Source: an uncultured Anaerolineales bacterium
GTDB lineage: Bacteria; Chloroflexota; Anaerolineae; Anaerolineales; UBA11858
Direction of reading: 5' to 3'
DNA length: 64,000 nucleotides
Assembly: GCA_964448865.1 (NCBI GenBank)
Contig: CAYUXO010000001.1
Location: forward strand, 4,747-68,746
Shown in pieces: positions 19,159-30,066 of the stretch. The position numbers and the translations under genes were made by a program. The notes beneath the pieces were generated by a model. The model was not told the DNA's origin, did no database searches, and was given only the letters and a program-made list of their open reading frames with translations. Every line of letters starts with the position of its first letter. The first letter of the stretch is position 1.

Positions 19159-20612
19159 GTTTTATCCGGGAGAAGCAATCTGATAGTTCCATATTTCAAT
19201 TGCTTTTTTCCAGTAGGGCTGAAATTATTATTAGATTTGATATGGTCTGCCTCATTCATGGCAATTTTTGCCAGGGCATCTTCACCTTTTGCCATTAAAT
19301 GGGACGAAAGGTTTATCAACCTTTGATAGGCAGTTCCAGGATTTCCGCTGGAGATATCCCTTTGAGCTTTCTCCTGCAGGCGGAAAAAAGTCAGGTGGGA
19401 GATAGATCTGAATATTTCGTCTGGCGGCGGTTCTAATTCTTCCGATTTTGCTGCAACGGGTCGCTTAAGTGTGATTGGAATCGTGTAATCCCGGGGAGTT
19501 CGTTTTATTAAATACTCTCCTGCGGCGATCACTGCCTGGTCAATCCCTTTGGTGATCGGTTCAATTAAAAATTCAAAAAGCAACCGGTGCTGTTGATCCT
19601 TTTTAAGGATTCCCAGGGTGTATACTTCCTGGACGGGCAAGGGCAGCGTGTCGGGAAGGATCCGGAATGCCGATAACATTGTCACTCCTGGAGCAGGTGT
19701 GATTTCCAGAGACAATCGTCGAGAATAGGCTTGCCTGAGTGAAGTTATGCTTTGCTCTATAAAATCCTTGATGTTTTTTGAGTCTTGAATAAACATGGAC
19801 TGGCCGCCTGTCTGGGCACAGATCTGATCTATAAACTCATCATTCCACTCAATACCGATACCCAGGCCGCTGATACCAATATCAAAATCAATCGCAGATT
19901 TTGCCAAACTGAAACAATTTTCTTCATCGCCGTATGTATGTCCATCCGTGATCAGAATGATGTGATTAACATAATCTGACACGGAATTCTTTCTGATTTC
20001 TTCAAACCCTGCTTCCAAACCCTGAAATATTTCCGTTCCACCTTCCGCAAAGAGGTTATTTACGCTGGATTCTATTTTAGCTGTCGTTGGTTGGGATTGG
20101 CTGGGCATTAGTACTTTAGCTCGATCATTGAAGCTCACTACTGAGATCAGATCATCATCAGCCAGGTCTCGAATGATCTCTTTGGTGGCAGCCTTGAGGA
20201 TTTCCAGCCTGGCACCAGACATTGAGGTGGAGGTGTCCAGTACTAGGGAAATATTGAGAGGTAAAACTGCCTTTTGTTTTTCCTCCTGGCTGGACACGAT
20301 ATCAACCAGGGTGTAGATAACCTGGGGTTCCTCCATCCTGAATAATGCACTTTGACTGTACTCCATTGTTGTATGGATAGAAGAAACGGTATCATCAGGC
20401 TCTCGATCATCGTCATAGGCATTCTTCGTATTCGGATTTGAGAGGACCTTGTATGCTTCCTGGATATCGAGAAATAATTGAGTGGCCCCCTCGTTCTTAT
20501 TTACATCTGGATGGGCTTTTCTGGCAGCCAGACGATAAGCTTTTTTAATTGCATCTTCAGATGCACCCGTGTCAATATTCAACCTGCTGTAAAAATCGGT
20601 TTTATCAGGCAT
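19155..20612 (-). CDS. J-domain (DnaJ-like) + von Willebrand factor A domain protein
   Basis: The J domain carries HPD (DFYSRL...AYRLAARKAHPDVN...AYKVLSNP). The vWA has a MIDAS LVLDTSTSMSG and VVSFNDRA. The C-terminal ~170 aa are uncharacterised. A 4-nt overlap links it to the FHA gene. Confidence 0.85.
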   Translation of the reverse strand: MPDKTDFYSRLNIDTGASEDAIKKAYRLAARKAHPDVNKNEGATQLFLDIQEAYKVLSNPNTKNAYDDDREPDDTVSSIHTTMEYSQSALFRMEEPQVIYTLVDIVSSQEEKQKAVLPLNISLVLDTSTSMSGARLEILKAATKEIIRDLADDDLISVVSFNDRAKVLMPSQSQPTTAKIESSVNNLFAEGGTEIFQGLEAGFEEIRKNSVSDYVNHIILITDGHTYGDEENCFSLAKSAIDFDIGISGLGIGIEWNDEFIDQICAQTGGQSMFIQDSKNIKDFIEQSITSLRQAYSRRLSLEITPAPGVTMLSAFRILPDTLPLPVQEVYTLGILKKDQQHRLLFEFLIEPITKGIDQAVIAAGEYLIKRTPRDYTIPITLKRPVAAKSEELEPPPDEIFRSISHLTFFRLQEKAQRDISSGNPGTAYQRLINLSSHLMAKGEDALAKIAMNEADHIKSNNNFSPTGKKQLKYGTIRLLLPDKT

Positions 20613-20629
20613 GGTGTCCGGTCAGTTCC

Positions 20630-21550
20630 TTAAGAAAACTCTACCAAGATTGCCGAGATGTTATCTGGTCCGCCGGCATCATTGGCTGCATCAATTAATC
20701 TGTCACAAATGTCCTGGGCAGAAATGCCGGATTTAATTATGGCTGAAATAATTGTTTGATCTACAATGCTCCATAATCCATCTGAGCAGACCAGCAGGTA
20801 ACCTGATTCGGGTCTCTTGTCAGAGATGATTTCTGGGTCAAAGGGTTCCCCCTGTCCGAGTGCGCGATAAAGCACGTTCCTCTGGGGGTGAACCGCGGCT
20901 TCTTCCGGAGTAATCTGCCCTAACTCCTGCAGCCGTTTGACTAGGGAGTGGTCTCTGGTAAGTGCTTCGAGGTTGCCTTTCTTATCGACCGAATATATCC
21001 TACTGTCCCCTACGTGCGCCAGGGTCATATGTTCACCAACGATCAGGATCGCAGTAACCGTAGTTCCCCCACCATACGACTTCTTAATGATCTCTGAGTT
21101 GGCTTTTTCAATGCCGGCGTGGAATACTTCGCGGAAGGAAAGTTCGCCTTGCTCGGGATCCAGACTCATCAAAGGTGTGTAGATTTCAGTGAGAATATAA
21201 CCGACTAAAGTTCGTATAGCTAACTCACTGGCAATTTCGCCATTTTTATGACCGCCCATGCCATCGGCGATTACATAAAGACCGAAAGGGAGCTCGGTTT
21301 CATTGTAGGAAAACATTGTGGTCAGAGTAAAGAAAGCGTCTTCGTTATGGGTTCTTTGTTTTCCAACAGACAATCCGTATCCGACAGAGATGTGGGGAGA
21401 ACTGTATCCTACCAGTTTAGTATCGACTGGAGCGGTTATTTTTTCCAGCTCTTTGGTCGTTGCATTGGGATCTGTGTCTTGAAGATCCAATCCCGGAGTT
21501 GATTTTTTCTGAAATAGATTTAGAAGTTTTGAAATCAAATTATTTGTCAT
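20630..21550 (-). CDS. PP2C-family Ser/Thr protein phosphatase
   Basis: RTHNEDAF, VIADGMGGH, GDSRIY, LVCSDGLW and GGPDNISAILV form the complete PPM motif set. Confidence 0.9.
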   Translation of the reverse strand: MTNNLISKLLNLFQKKSTPGLDLQDTDPNATTKELEKITAPVDTKLVGYSSPHISVGYGLSVGKQRTHNEDAFFTLTTMFSYNETELPFGLYVIADGMGGHKNGEIASELAIRTLVGYILTEIYTPLMSLDPEQGELSFREVFHAGIEKANSEIIKKSYGGGTTVTAILIVGEHMTLAHVGDSRIYSVDKKGNLEALTRDHSLVKRLQELGQITPEEAAVHPQRNVLYRALGQGEPFDPEIISDKRPESGYLLVCSDGLWSIVDQTIISAIIKSGISAQDICDRLIDAANDAGGPDNISAILVEFS

Positions 21551-21590
21551 GTTCTCTCGTTTGCTGTAGATTTGTCGGTTATTTCAACTA

Positions 21591-23417
21591 TCAGGCAGGC
21601 AAAGCGTAAATTTTATTATCGGCCGCTCCGATGAAAAGTATATCGTCGATTATGATAGGAGAACCAGTGATTGCGCCTTCAGCCTGGTATTTCCATCTCA
21701 GGCGGCCGCTGGGAGCGTGCAAGCTGTAAACCATCCCATCAATGTTGCAAAAATATACCGCGCCTTTATAGAATACTGGCGAGCTGTTGATCTGGTTGTC
21801 AGTATCATAACTCCAGATCTTCTTGGTGGATTTAATACTTACACAATAGAATGTATTATCTGTGGATCCAACATAGATGTGATTTTCATTGGTCGTGGGT
21901 GTGCAAATTGATCCGCTTTCCATCCGGAAACGCCAGATGATCCAGCCGGATTTTGCATCGATGGCATAGAGTACTCCGTCGAGGGATGTTATGTAGATGA
22001 CATTATTGTAAAAATGGGGTGACCCGGTGACAGCCCGCTTGGCAGCAGTTCGCCATTTGATATTGCCGCTGAAGTCATAACACTGGATTTCCCCGTCTTC
22101 ACATCCAATGTATACCAGTTCATTTTCCACGAGGGGGCTGGATCGGATCCTAGAACCCAGATTCACACTCCAGGCCTCTCTACCGGCCATCAGATTCAAT
22201 ACATGCAGGTGCTCATCATCTGATCCAATAAACAGGTGCCCTTCTGCAATGACAGGCGAGGAGTAGATTGCACCATCCGTGGATTGGACCCAGACTTTTT
22301 TTCCATTCCGGCAGGAAATGGCATGGACATACTGGTCTGTAGAGCCAAAATAAAGCTTGTTTTCATAAATAGCGGGTTTGCTGACAATGCCGCCATCTGC
22401 GGCATATTTCCAGACGAATTTACCATTGTCGGCTTCCAGGGCGTATAGATTATGATCATAGGATCCAATATATATAACCCCATCAGCGTAACTGGCTGTT
22501 CCCCGGATCTCATCTTCACATGCGAATGTCCAGATAGGGGAGTGGCTTTGATCCTGGAAGTACTGAGTAGCCTGGGCAACAGTGATTTCATCCTCAAACA
22601 TCCCGGTCTTCTGCGCCAGGGCTACCAGTGCTTTTCTCATGATGGCAGCACTTTCGAAGCGATCCGGGGGATTATACATTAACGCCGTGTTGATGATGGT
22701 TTCCAATGCCACGCTAATATCCGGATTCGCTTGCCGGATGGGGCGTTCATCAAATGTGAAAGGAGGTTCTGTGCGAGGATCCTGGTTAGTTAGCAGGTGG
22801 TGGAGAGTCGCACCGAGGGCATAGATATCAACCGCTTCGGTAGCTTCTCCACGATACTGCTCAGGAGGAGAATATCCTTCCGTGCCGATCATGGTTCCTT
22901 TGCTTCCAATCTGGAAGGTTTTTGCGATGCCGAAGTCAACCAGACGGATTTGATTTCTCCGGGTGATCATGACATTGGCAGGTTTAATATCCCTGAAGAT
23001 TATCGGCTCCGGATCATGTGTGTGCAGGTAATCCAGCACATCACAGAGGGCGATCGCCCAGGCAATTACCTCTTCTTCCTGAAAAGGTGATCTGTGCTGT
23101 TGAAGTTTAATTTCCAGGTTATCGCCCTCAACAAACTCCATCACCAGGTAAGAGCGAGCCCCCAGAGTAAAATAGTCGTAAATGGTAGGGATTGAAGGAT
23201 GGCTGACTGTAGCGAGGATATTGGCTTCTCTCTCGAAACCTTCCACGATAGTATCTCTCATTTCCTGATCAGTGGCCTGGTTGATCATCTCTTTGACAGC
23301 GACGATCTTTTCAACCTTGAAGCGCAAGTCCTGAGCCCGGTAAACAGCGCCCATACCACCGCGGCCGACAGTAGATAGGATTTTATATCTACCTTCCAGT
23401 TTGGTTCCTGGCTGCAA
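21591..23417 (-). CDS. Hanks-type Ser/Thr kinase fused to a PQQ-like beta-propeller repeat domain
   Basis: The kinase has GRGGMGAVY, AVKEM, FRDIKPANV, VDFGIA and SPPEQ. The C-terminal ~320 aa hold repeated ...G.IY.GS.D..LYA... blades (at least 7 repeats). Confidence 0.9.
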   Translation of the reverse strand: MQPGTKLEGRYKILSTVGRGGMGAVYRAQDLRFKVEKIVAVKEMINQATDQEMRDTIVEGFEREANILATVSHPSIPTIYDYFTLGARSYLVMEFVEGDNLEIKLQQHRSPFQEEEVIAWAIALCDVLDYLHTHDPEPIIFRDIKPANVMITRRNQIRLVDFGIAKTFQIGSKGTMIGTEGYSPPEQYRGEATEAVDIYALGATLHHLLTNQDPRTEPPFTFDERPIRQANPDISVALETIINTALMYNPPDRFESAAIMRKALVALAQKTGMFEDEITVAQATQYFQDQSHSPIWTFACEDEIRGTASYADGVIYIGSYDHNLYALEADNGKFVWKYAADGGIVSKPAIYENKLYFGSTDQYVHAISCRNGKKVWVQSTDGAIYSSPVIAEGHLFIGSDDEHLHVLNLMAGREAWSVNLGSRIRSSPLVENELVYIGCEDGEIQCYDFSGNIKWRTAAKRAVTGSPHFYNNVIYITSLDGVLYAIDAKSGWIIWRFRMESGSICTPTTNENHIYVGSTDNTFYCVSIKSTKKIWSYDTDNQINSSPVFYKGAVYFCNIDGMVYSLHAPSGRLRWKYQAEGAITGSPIIIDDILFIGAADNKIYALPA

Positions 23418-23720
23418 GTATTCAAGAGTTTTTGCGTCTTTATTCAGATTCTGGGTTATTTTTCTTGTTTCCAGACCGGTCCTCCCCGATGGATTTCCCT
23501 CAAATAATTCATTTTCAGTAATAAATACTTTATTTGCATTAATAAATGGATTTTATCATATTACCTTAAGCCACCGCCAAAGCAAATACGCTCAGAATAG
23601 GCCTGAACTCTATTCGGAGCAAAACCAGTGGGTATTATGATTAACTAAGGGTATTATAATGAAGGGTGGATGAACAGCAAATGACAGTTTGGTTAGGATG
23701 TTTATGCTGGAAGGATCACT

Positions 23721-25112
23721 ATGACCGATATGAACAATTACGCATCACCATTTTCCTGGAGATATGGCTCTTCCGAAATGAGGCAGATCTGGAGTCTAAA
23801 TCAAACCCGCTTGTTATGGAGGAAGTTGTGGGTGGTCCTGGCCGATGTTCAGAAGGAATATGGACTGGTATCTGCTGAACAGGTTGAAGAATTGCGAGAT
23901 CAACAGTACAACATTGACCTGGATCGAAGCCAGGAGATCGAGAAACAGATCCAGCATGATCTAATGGCGGAATTAAAAGTATTTGCCGAGCAGTGCCCGG
24001 AGGCCGGCGGCATCCTGCATCTGGGCGCGACTTCAATGGATATCAAGGATAATACCCTGGTATTACAGCAAAAAGCTGCCCTGAACTTGTTGGTAGAAAA
24101 AATCAAACAGCTGCTGATCACGCTGGCAGGGATTATTGAAGACGTGGCGGAGCTGCCTCTGATCGCATTTACACATCTTCAACCAGCTGAACCATCTACT
24201 CTAGGATATCGTCTGGCTCAGCCAGCACAGGATCTACTAATCTATTATCAGCTTTTAACCCAGTTTAATGATGACATTATGGGAAAAGGATTTACCGGAG
24301 CAGTGGGCAGCAGCGCATCTTTTGCTACCTTGCTTGGCAAGGAAAATCTGCCGGCATTTCAGGAGAAAATGGCTAAGAAATTAGGATTGAATTTCTTTGA
24401 TGTTGTCAGCCAAACCTATCCCAGAACCCAGGATTACCGCTTATTGTCAATCCTGGCCGGGATGGGGGCAGTATTGTATAAATTTGCTTTTGATTTACGA
24501 ATATTACAATCACCTGGTTTTGGAGAGCTGGCGGAACCTTTTGGGGGTGAGCAGATAGGCTCGTCTGCGATGCCGTTTAAGCAGAACCCTATCAAGGCTG
24601 AAAAGATCAATTCTCTGGGCAGATACCTGGCTCAACTTCCCCGCATTGCCTGGGACAATGCAGCCCATTCGCTGCTGGAAAGGACGCTGGATGACAGCGC
24701 CAACCGGCGGATCATCATCCCCGAGGCGTTTTTATGCGCCGATGAGATGCTGGATGCCAGTTTGAATATTCTGGAAGGTTTGGTTGTAAATAAATCAAGG
24801 ATCAAGCAGAATCTGGAAAATTATGGTCCTTTCGCGGCTACTGAAAAATTACTGATGCTGCTTGTAAAAGCTGGAGCTGACCGGCAAAAGATGCACGGTT
24901 TGATCCGGGGGCACTCCCTTCTGTCCTGGTCTGCGATCCAAAAGGGAGAACCAAACCCCCTGGTGGATCTATTGATTGAGGACCAGGAAATTCAGGTTTA
25001 CCTGTCAGCAGAGCAAATTAGGGATTCCCTGTCTGGTTTATCTTACCTGGGAGACACCGTTAAGAGATCTCAGGATATGGTCAACCTCATTAATAAAAAA
25101 ATCAGCAGCTGA
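23721..25112 (+). CDS. purB: Adenylosuccinate lyase
   Basis: The N-terminus is YASPFSWRYGSSEMRQIWS. The fumarate-lyase signature is GSSAMPFKQNP. The protein is 463 aa. Confidence 0.8.
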   Translation: MTDMNNYASPFSWRYGSSEMRQIWSLNQTRLLWRKLWVVLADVQKEYGLVSAEQVEELRDQQYNIDLDRSQEIEKQIQHDLMAELKVFAEQCPEAGGILHLGATSMDIKDNTLVLQQKAALNLLVEKIKQLLITLAGIIEDVAELPLIAFTHLQPAEPSTLGYRLAQPAQDLLIYYQLLTQFNDDIMGKGFTGAVGSSASFATLLGKENLPAFQEKMAKKLGLNFFDVVSQTYPRTQDYRLLSILAGMGAVLYKFAFDLRILQSPGFGELAEPFGGEQIGSSAMPFKQNPIKAEKINSLGRYLAQLPRIAWDNAAHSLLERTLDDSANRRIIIPEAFLCADEMLDASLNILEGLVVNKSRIKQNLENYGPFAATEKLLMLLVKAGADRQKMHGLIRGHSLLSWSAIQKGEPNPLVDLLIEDQEIQVYLSAEQIRDSLSGLSYLGDTVKRSQDMVNLINKKISS

Positions 25113-25128
25113 ATTTTCAGCTGCTGAT
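25101..25128. terminator. Bidirectional hairpin terminator; the purB stop codon lies inside the stem
   Basis: aaaaaaATCAGCAGCTGAAttTTCAGCTGCTGATaa. The stem is a perfect 13 bp, between convergent genes. Confidence 0.7.
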
Positions 25129-25170
25129 AATAGTTCGACCTTATTATTATTGATATCAGAACCAATACGA

Positions 25171-26163
25171 TTAACGAAAATCAGGGGGAAAATCCGGTTT
25201 GTTATCCAATATATCTTCAATACTCTCAACCACATCCGGGGTTAGCTTATCCACAATATCAATGGCCTTCATGTTATCTTTTACCTGCTCAGGCTTGGAC
25301 GCTCCTGTGATTACAGTGCTGACATTGGGATTCAGCAAACACCAGGCGAGAGCCAATTGGGCTGTGGTGCAGCCCAGTTTTTCTGCTATGTCTGCAAGTT
25401 TAATCACCTTTTTTATCTGATCTTTGGCTTCATCAGCAGTAAAACGTTTTTTGATCCATTCATATCCCGGTAGGTTGGCACGGGAATCCTTGGGGATCCC
25501 GTTATTGTATTTGCCTGATAACAAACCACTTGCCAATGGGCTCCAGATAGTCGTTCCCAGACCAATTTCTGTATATAAACGGTGGTATTCTGCTTCCACC
25601 CGATCCCTGTGGAACATATTGTATTCAGGTTGTTCCATCAGGGGAGGTATCAGATGTTCCTGGCGGGCAAACCCATAGGCTTGGGTGATTTGCTGGGCAG
25701 ACCATTCACTTGTGCCCCAATAAAAAGCTTTGCCCTGGTTGATCAAGTGGTTAAATGCCCGAACAGTTTCTTCGATCGGGGTATGAAGATCAGGTCGATG
25801 GGCAAATACGAGGTCAACATATTCGACCCCCATTCTTTTAAGGGATGCATCCATGCCTTCTATGATATGCTTCCGTGATAAACCTTTTTCATTTGGACCA
25901 TCTCCGCCCCAGAAGATCTTGGTTGAGAGCACCAGGTCATGTTGTTTCCAACCGGTTTTCTTGATCACTTCGCCCATGATCATTTCAGCATCACCGTCAT
26001 TATAGACTTCAGCGTTATCAAAGAAATTTACCCCGGCATCATAGGCAATTGTCATTAATTTAACTGCTTTATCGATATCCACCTGGCTGCCAAAAGTTAC
26101 CCAGGAGCCAAACGATAATTCGGACACTTTCAATCCTGAGTTCCCTAGGAATCTGTATTTCAT
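25171..26163 (-). CDS. Aldo/keto reductase (Kv-beta/YajO-like subgroup)
   Basis: [39 protein letters not shown] and the C-terminal ITGASKPEQ are present. Confidence 0.85.
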   Translation of the reverse strand: MKYRFLGNSGLKVSELSFGSWVTFGSQVDIDKAVKLMTIAYDAGVNFFDNAEVYNDGDAEMIMGEVIKKTGWKQHDLVLSTKIFWGGDGPNEKGLSRKHIIEGMDASLKRMGVEYVDLVFAHRPDLHTPIEETVRAFNHLINQGKAFYWGTSEWSAQQITQAYGFARQEHLIPPLMEQPEYNMFHRDRVEAEYHRLYTEIGLGTTIWSPLASGLLSGKYNNGIPKDSRANLPGYEWIKKRFTADEAKDQIKKVIKLADIAEKLGCTTAQLALAWCLLNPNVSTVITGASKPEQVKDNMKAIDIVDKLTPDVVESIEDILDNKPDFPPDFR

Positions 26164-26191
26164 GGTTCTGCCTCCAATAATATATTGATAA

Positions 26192-26971
26192 TCAAAGCTT
26201 AATGATGTTTTCTTTAGCCTCAGCCATTAATAGATCAGAGGCTGCAGCTATGATAGAAAATGATATTTCCTGGTAATCAGCGCCCGCTTGAGCCGGGAAA
26301 GGACCTTTCTCACCCAGAGATTCGATTACCCCTCCCGCTTCACTGACAATCAACCAACTACCCGCATAGTCCCATATTTTTGGTGTACTTTCAAAGGCTA
26401 GTATAGCAGTATTCTTGGAAATCAGACAGAGATGATAGGCTGCTGCGCCAAGTGAGCGTCTTTTGTAGGGAAGATTTACCTTATAACGCTGATCCATTCG
26501 GGAACAATGGACAAAAATAGAAAAAAGGGCATCACTGCTTTTTTCACTTACCTGAAGATCCACGCCGTTTAATTCAGCACCCTGTCCTTTCACAGCAGAA
26601 AAGAGTTCTTCGGTTTCGGGAAAATATAAAGCGGCAGTCTGGGGATAACCATCTACCAGATGAGCTATAGATACCCCCCAGTAATTCAAACCCTGGCTGA
26701 AATTGACAGTCCCATCCAGGGGGTCGATAACCCAGACATGCCGGTTATCAGGGAATATCGTATTTCCTTCTTCACTGAGAATCTGATCGTCCGAAAATTC
26801 CCTTAATATCATTTCCTGGATCAACCGATCTGCTGCCCGGTCTGCCTCAGTGACCAGGGTTTGATCTGCTTTCAGAGTACTCTGGAGATTGACTTTATGA
26901 AAATAATCTTGCAATAATTTTCCAGTTTGTAGAGCTGCCTCTACAGCCAATGCTAAACGTGTGATTGCCAT
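26192..26971 (-). CDS. Inositol monophosphatase family protein
   Basis: [12 protein letters not shown], the metal-binding motifs and WDYAG are present. Confidence 0.8.
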   Translation of the reverse strand: MAITRLALAVEAALQTGKLLQDYFHKVNLQSTLKADQTLVTEADRAADRLIQEMILREFSDDQILSEEGNTIFPDNRHVWVIDPLDGTVNFSQGLNYWGVSIAHLVDGYPQTAALYFPETEELFSAVKGQGAELNGVDLQVSEKSSDALFSIFVHCSRMDQRYKVNLPYKRRSLGAAAYHLCLISKNTAILAFESTPKIWDYAGSWLIVSEAGGVIESLGEKGPFPAQAGADYQEISFSIIAAASDLLMAEAKENIIKL

Positions 26972-26984
26972 TCTTTCTTGTCCC

Positions 26985-27866
26985 TCATAACGGGTATATC
27001 ATTGGAATATCTGTTCTGCTCTGCTCTATACTGGGATTTTGTAGATATTCAGCTACAGCCTGATCGAGGTTGATTTCTCCTCCCAGTACTCTTGATTTGT
27101 ACTGCCGGAACCAGTGAGATAACTGCGGCCACCCCAATTTCAACTCTGCTAATACCAGCTCTGCCAGCGGTCCGCCATCAGGTATAAATCCGGATTGTTC
27201 GTAGTCCCCAACGGCTGCCGGCAGATCATAATCTATCCGAATAATTTCACCTGTCCAACCTCCCTTACCTAAGGTAATCTGGGCGTAAGCAGCCCGTTTA
27301 TCACCATCGAATGACAAACCAACCGATCCAGTATTGATGACAACAGTTCCCTGGAAGTCCTTTATAAATGGTTGGTGCGTATGCCCGATCAGGAAAACAT
27401 CAGCTTCGCTATCTACCAGATTTTTCAGATCAGAGTCGGAAGAGTCAGGGTAGATGCCCACGCGATCCCCGGCAGTGGATGCGTGCAGACCACGGATGAG
27501 CTGATTATTCTGAAGGACCAGATCAAGCTTTTCAGGCATTTCTGCCACAGACTGAATTTCATTTTCATTTAAGGACTGAAAGGTCCAGTAAATGATCTTG
27601 CGGAGTTCGAATTCCAATCCATGCAAAGGGAAATCTGGATCAGTAAAATTCAGGACATATCCTTCGTGATTGCCCTTTATTATCCTCCAATCGTCAGTTT
27701 TTATTTTCTCTTGGATCAGATGCAGGCAGTCAAGTGACCTTGGACCACGATTGATAATGTCACCTAATACAAGAACCCGGTCTGGCTTCCAACGTTCAAT
27801 ATGGTCGATGGCGGCAATCAAGGCCTGGTAATTACCATGAATGTCAGCAATGGCTGCAATTTTCAT
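26985..27866 (-). CDS. Calcineurin-like metallophosphoesterase (PrpE/ApaH-like)
   Basis: IADIHGN, VLGDIINRGP, GNHE and IGHTH form the MPE motif series. Confidence 0.8.
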   Translation of the reverse strand: MKIAAIADIHGNYQALIAAIDHIERWKPDRVLVLGDIINRGPRSLDCLHLIQEKIKTDDWRIIKGNHEGYVLNFTDPDFPLHGLEFELRKIIYWTFQSLNENEIQSVAEMPEKLDLVLQNNQLIRGLHASTAGDRVGIYPDSSDSDLKNLVDSEADVFLIGHTHQPFIKDFQGTVVINTGSVGLSFDGDKRAAYAQITLGKGGWTGEIIRIDYDLPAAVGDYEQSGFIPDGGPLAELVLAELKLGWPQLSHWFRQYKSRVLGGEINLDQAVAEYLQNPSIEQSRTDIPMIYPL

Positions 27867-27869
27867 GGA

Positions 27870-29852
27870 TCAGGTCTGGGATTCTGCTATTTGCACGTAA
27901 TCCTGGGTTTCATATTTTTTTGCGAAATTACCCAGCAAGTTGAGCAGGTCCTCTGCTATCTGAGCCTTTTTTTCAGCGTCTTCCAGGCTCCAGGTCCGGC
28001 TTTTCACCTCAAGGAAAGTTCCCAGGGAAGGATCATCAATCCGGTCGAGATTGATGAAGAACTCAATCTCGTGGAAACAAACCTTCCAGCGCTTCCGGTC
28101 TTTTTCAATATATGACTCTTCGGCAGGGTTGAAGTATTCACGATAAAATCTGAGGCTGTGCGGAGCAGGGGCGATGAACCTGCTCCGGGAAAGCAGCACA
28201 TCCTGGGGGAAATGGCGCTCACGCTTGGGACCGATTAATGTCAAACGGTAGCGTATATTTTCTACCTTTTCTTGATCATCTAAAAACTCGTCTTCGCGGT
28301 AGCGCAGCCAACCCTCTTCAGGATCTTCGAATTTGAAATAAGTGTCATATTCATGGTAGCGGCGGTAATAGAGTATCTCCAGATCTGATGATTTCAAACG
28401 CTTGATGACATCTTCCGGATCATCTACTTTAACTTTCACCTGAACTTCATAGCTTTCCTGTTCCTCGGCGCCACCAATGGCGATCAATTTTGAGTAGACG
28501 GACTGGAACCGCTCGATTAAGAATTGGTCAATATCCTTAGCGAGGGCTTGAGCCCGGGGGAGCAGCTCATCAAGGTCTATGGTTAATAACTCTTTTGAGC
28601 GCATGAGCCATTTTCCATCGACCATCACATCAGTAACATCCGTGGATTTGGCTGCATAGACAAGCTGGGCATAAACGCCCTCGGAATCATTTCTATACTG
28701 GGGTGAATTGTGCAAAGTTTGGAGATCCACCAGGATCAGGTCGGCTTTTTTCCCCTCAGAAATTGAACCAGTCTGATCACCCAGATGGATCGCTTTGGCC
28801 CCCATACTGGTCGCCATAGCAATTGCGGTGCGGGCTGGCACTACGGTTGGATCACCACTGCTTCCTTTGGCCAAAAGTGCAGCAAGGCGCATTTCTTCAA
28901 ACATATCCAGGTCATTATTTGAAGACACTCCATCGGTGCCGATACCAACGTTGAGTCCCTGTTCTAGCATTCGGTTAACAGGGGCAATTCCAGATGATAA
29001 TTTTAGGTTTGAGGTGGGATTGTGAGCAACACCCACACCATATTTATTCAGAGTATGCATTTCCCGTTCATCGATATGGACACAGTGAGCGGCGATTACT
29101 TTGCACTGAAATATACCAAATTGTTCAACATAAGGGACTACCGGCATATCATGGGTGTCCAGGCTGTCTTCAACTTCCTGAGCTGTCTCAGCGATGTGAA
29201 TATGCAGGGGGACGTTATATTTTTGAGCCATTGCCGCGGCTGATTCCAGAATGTCCTCCGTGGAAGTATAGGCTGCATGGGGAGCAATCGCAGGTGTGAT
29301 CAGAGAATGATCTTTCCACTTTTTGATCATTTTTTCCGATGCTGCCAGGGATTCTTCATAAGATGCTGCATCAGGGGAGGGGAATTTTAAGATAGTTTGG
29401 CAGCAAACAGCCCTCAACCCTGCTTCGGCTGCGGCCTCAGCTACCTGATCCTCAAAATAATACATATCTGCAAATGATGTCACTCCGGATCGGATCAGTT
29501 CTGCACAGGCCAGAGAGGTTCCCAGCTTTACAAATTCCGGGCTGACAAATTCCCTTTCTACAGGCATGATATAACCCAGAAGCCAGACATCCAGCCGTAA
29601 ATCGTCACCCAGTCCCCGCAGTAGATTCATAGGAACATGGGTGTGTGAGTTTACCAATCCAGGCATGAGCACTTTTCCGCCACAATCGATCACCTCGCTA
29701 GCCTGGAATTCCTTTTTAAGCTCTTCAGAATCTCCCACAGCAGTTATCTGGTCGCCTGATACAGCGACAGCTCCGTTCTCATAACGGGAAAAACTATCAT
29801 CCATGCAGATCACATAGGCGTTTGTAAACAGAAAATCAACTTTTTTTGCCAT
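27870..29852 (-). CDS. MtaD-like amidohydrolase (5-methylthioadenosine/SAH deaminase family) fused to a C-terminal CYTH-like domain
   Basis: ORF 27870..29921. ATG 29852 follows GGTGAGG. N-terminal motifs are [24 protein letters not shown] and GTDG. The C-terminal ~200 aa show the CYTH pattern YEVQVKV...LRYRED...[10 protein letters not shown]...KDRKRWKV...FINLD...LGTFLEVK. Confidence 0.75.
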   Translation of the reverse strand: MAKKVDFLFTNAYVICMDDSFSRYENGAVAVSGDQITAVGDSEELKKEFQASEVIDCGGKVLMPGLVNSHTHVPMNLLRGLGDDLRLDVWLLGYIMPVEREFVSPEFVKLGTSLACAELIRSGVTSFADMYYFEDQVAEAAAEAGLRAVCCQTILKFPSPDAASYEESLAASEKMIKKWKDHSLITPAIAPHAAYTSTEDILESAAAMAQKYNVPLHIHIAETAQEVEDSLDTHDMPVVPYVEQFGIFQCKVIAAHCVHIDEREMHTLNKYGVGVAHNPTSNLKLSSGIAPVNRMLEQGLNVGIGTDGVSSNNDLDMFEEMRLAALLAKGSSGDPTVVPARTAIAMATSMGAKAIHLGDQTGSISEGKKADLILVDLQTLHNSPQYRNDSEGVYAQLVYAAKSTDVTDVMVDGKWLMRSKELLTIDLDELLPRAQALAKDIDQFLIERFQSVYSKLIAIGGAEEQESYEVQVKVKVDDPEDVIKRLKSSDLEILYYRRYHEYDTYFKFEDPEEGWLRYREDEFLDDQEKVENIRYRLTLIGPKRERHFPQDVLLSRSRFIAPAPHSLRFYREYFNPAEESYIEKDRKRWKVCFHEIEFFINLDRIDDPSLGTFLEVKSRTWSLEDAEKKAQIAEDLLNLLGNFAKKYETQDYVQIAESQT

Positions 29853-30066
29853 ATTTACCTCACCTGGTAATTCCAGGATAGTACTCAATTTCTGTGAAAT
29901 GATTAGATAAGATTGTATCACTACCCAATTACTTTTAATAGGCGTACCCGATAAGGATTAACGGGCAGCTAACCAGCTGGAAACAGGGTATAAAGGGTTG
30001 ATTTTTAGCCCGTCCAAGCCGGATTTGGAGGGGCTCTGGAGGGGTGTTGTATGGTAAAATAGAGCA

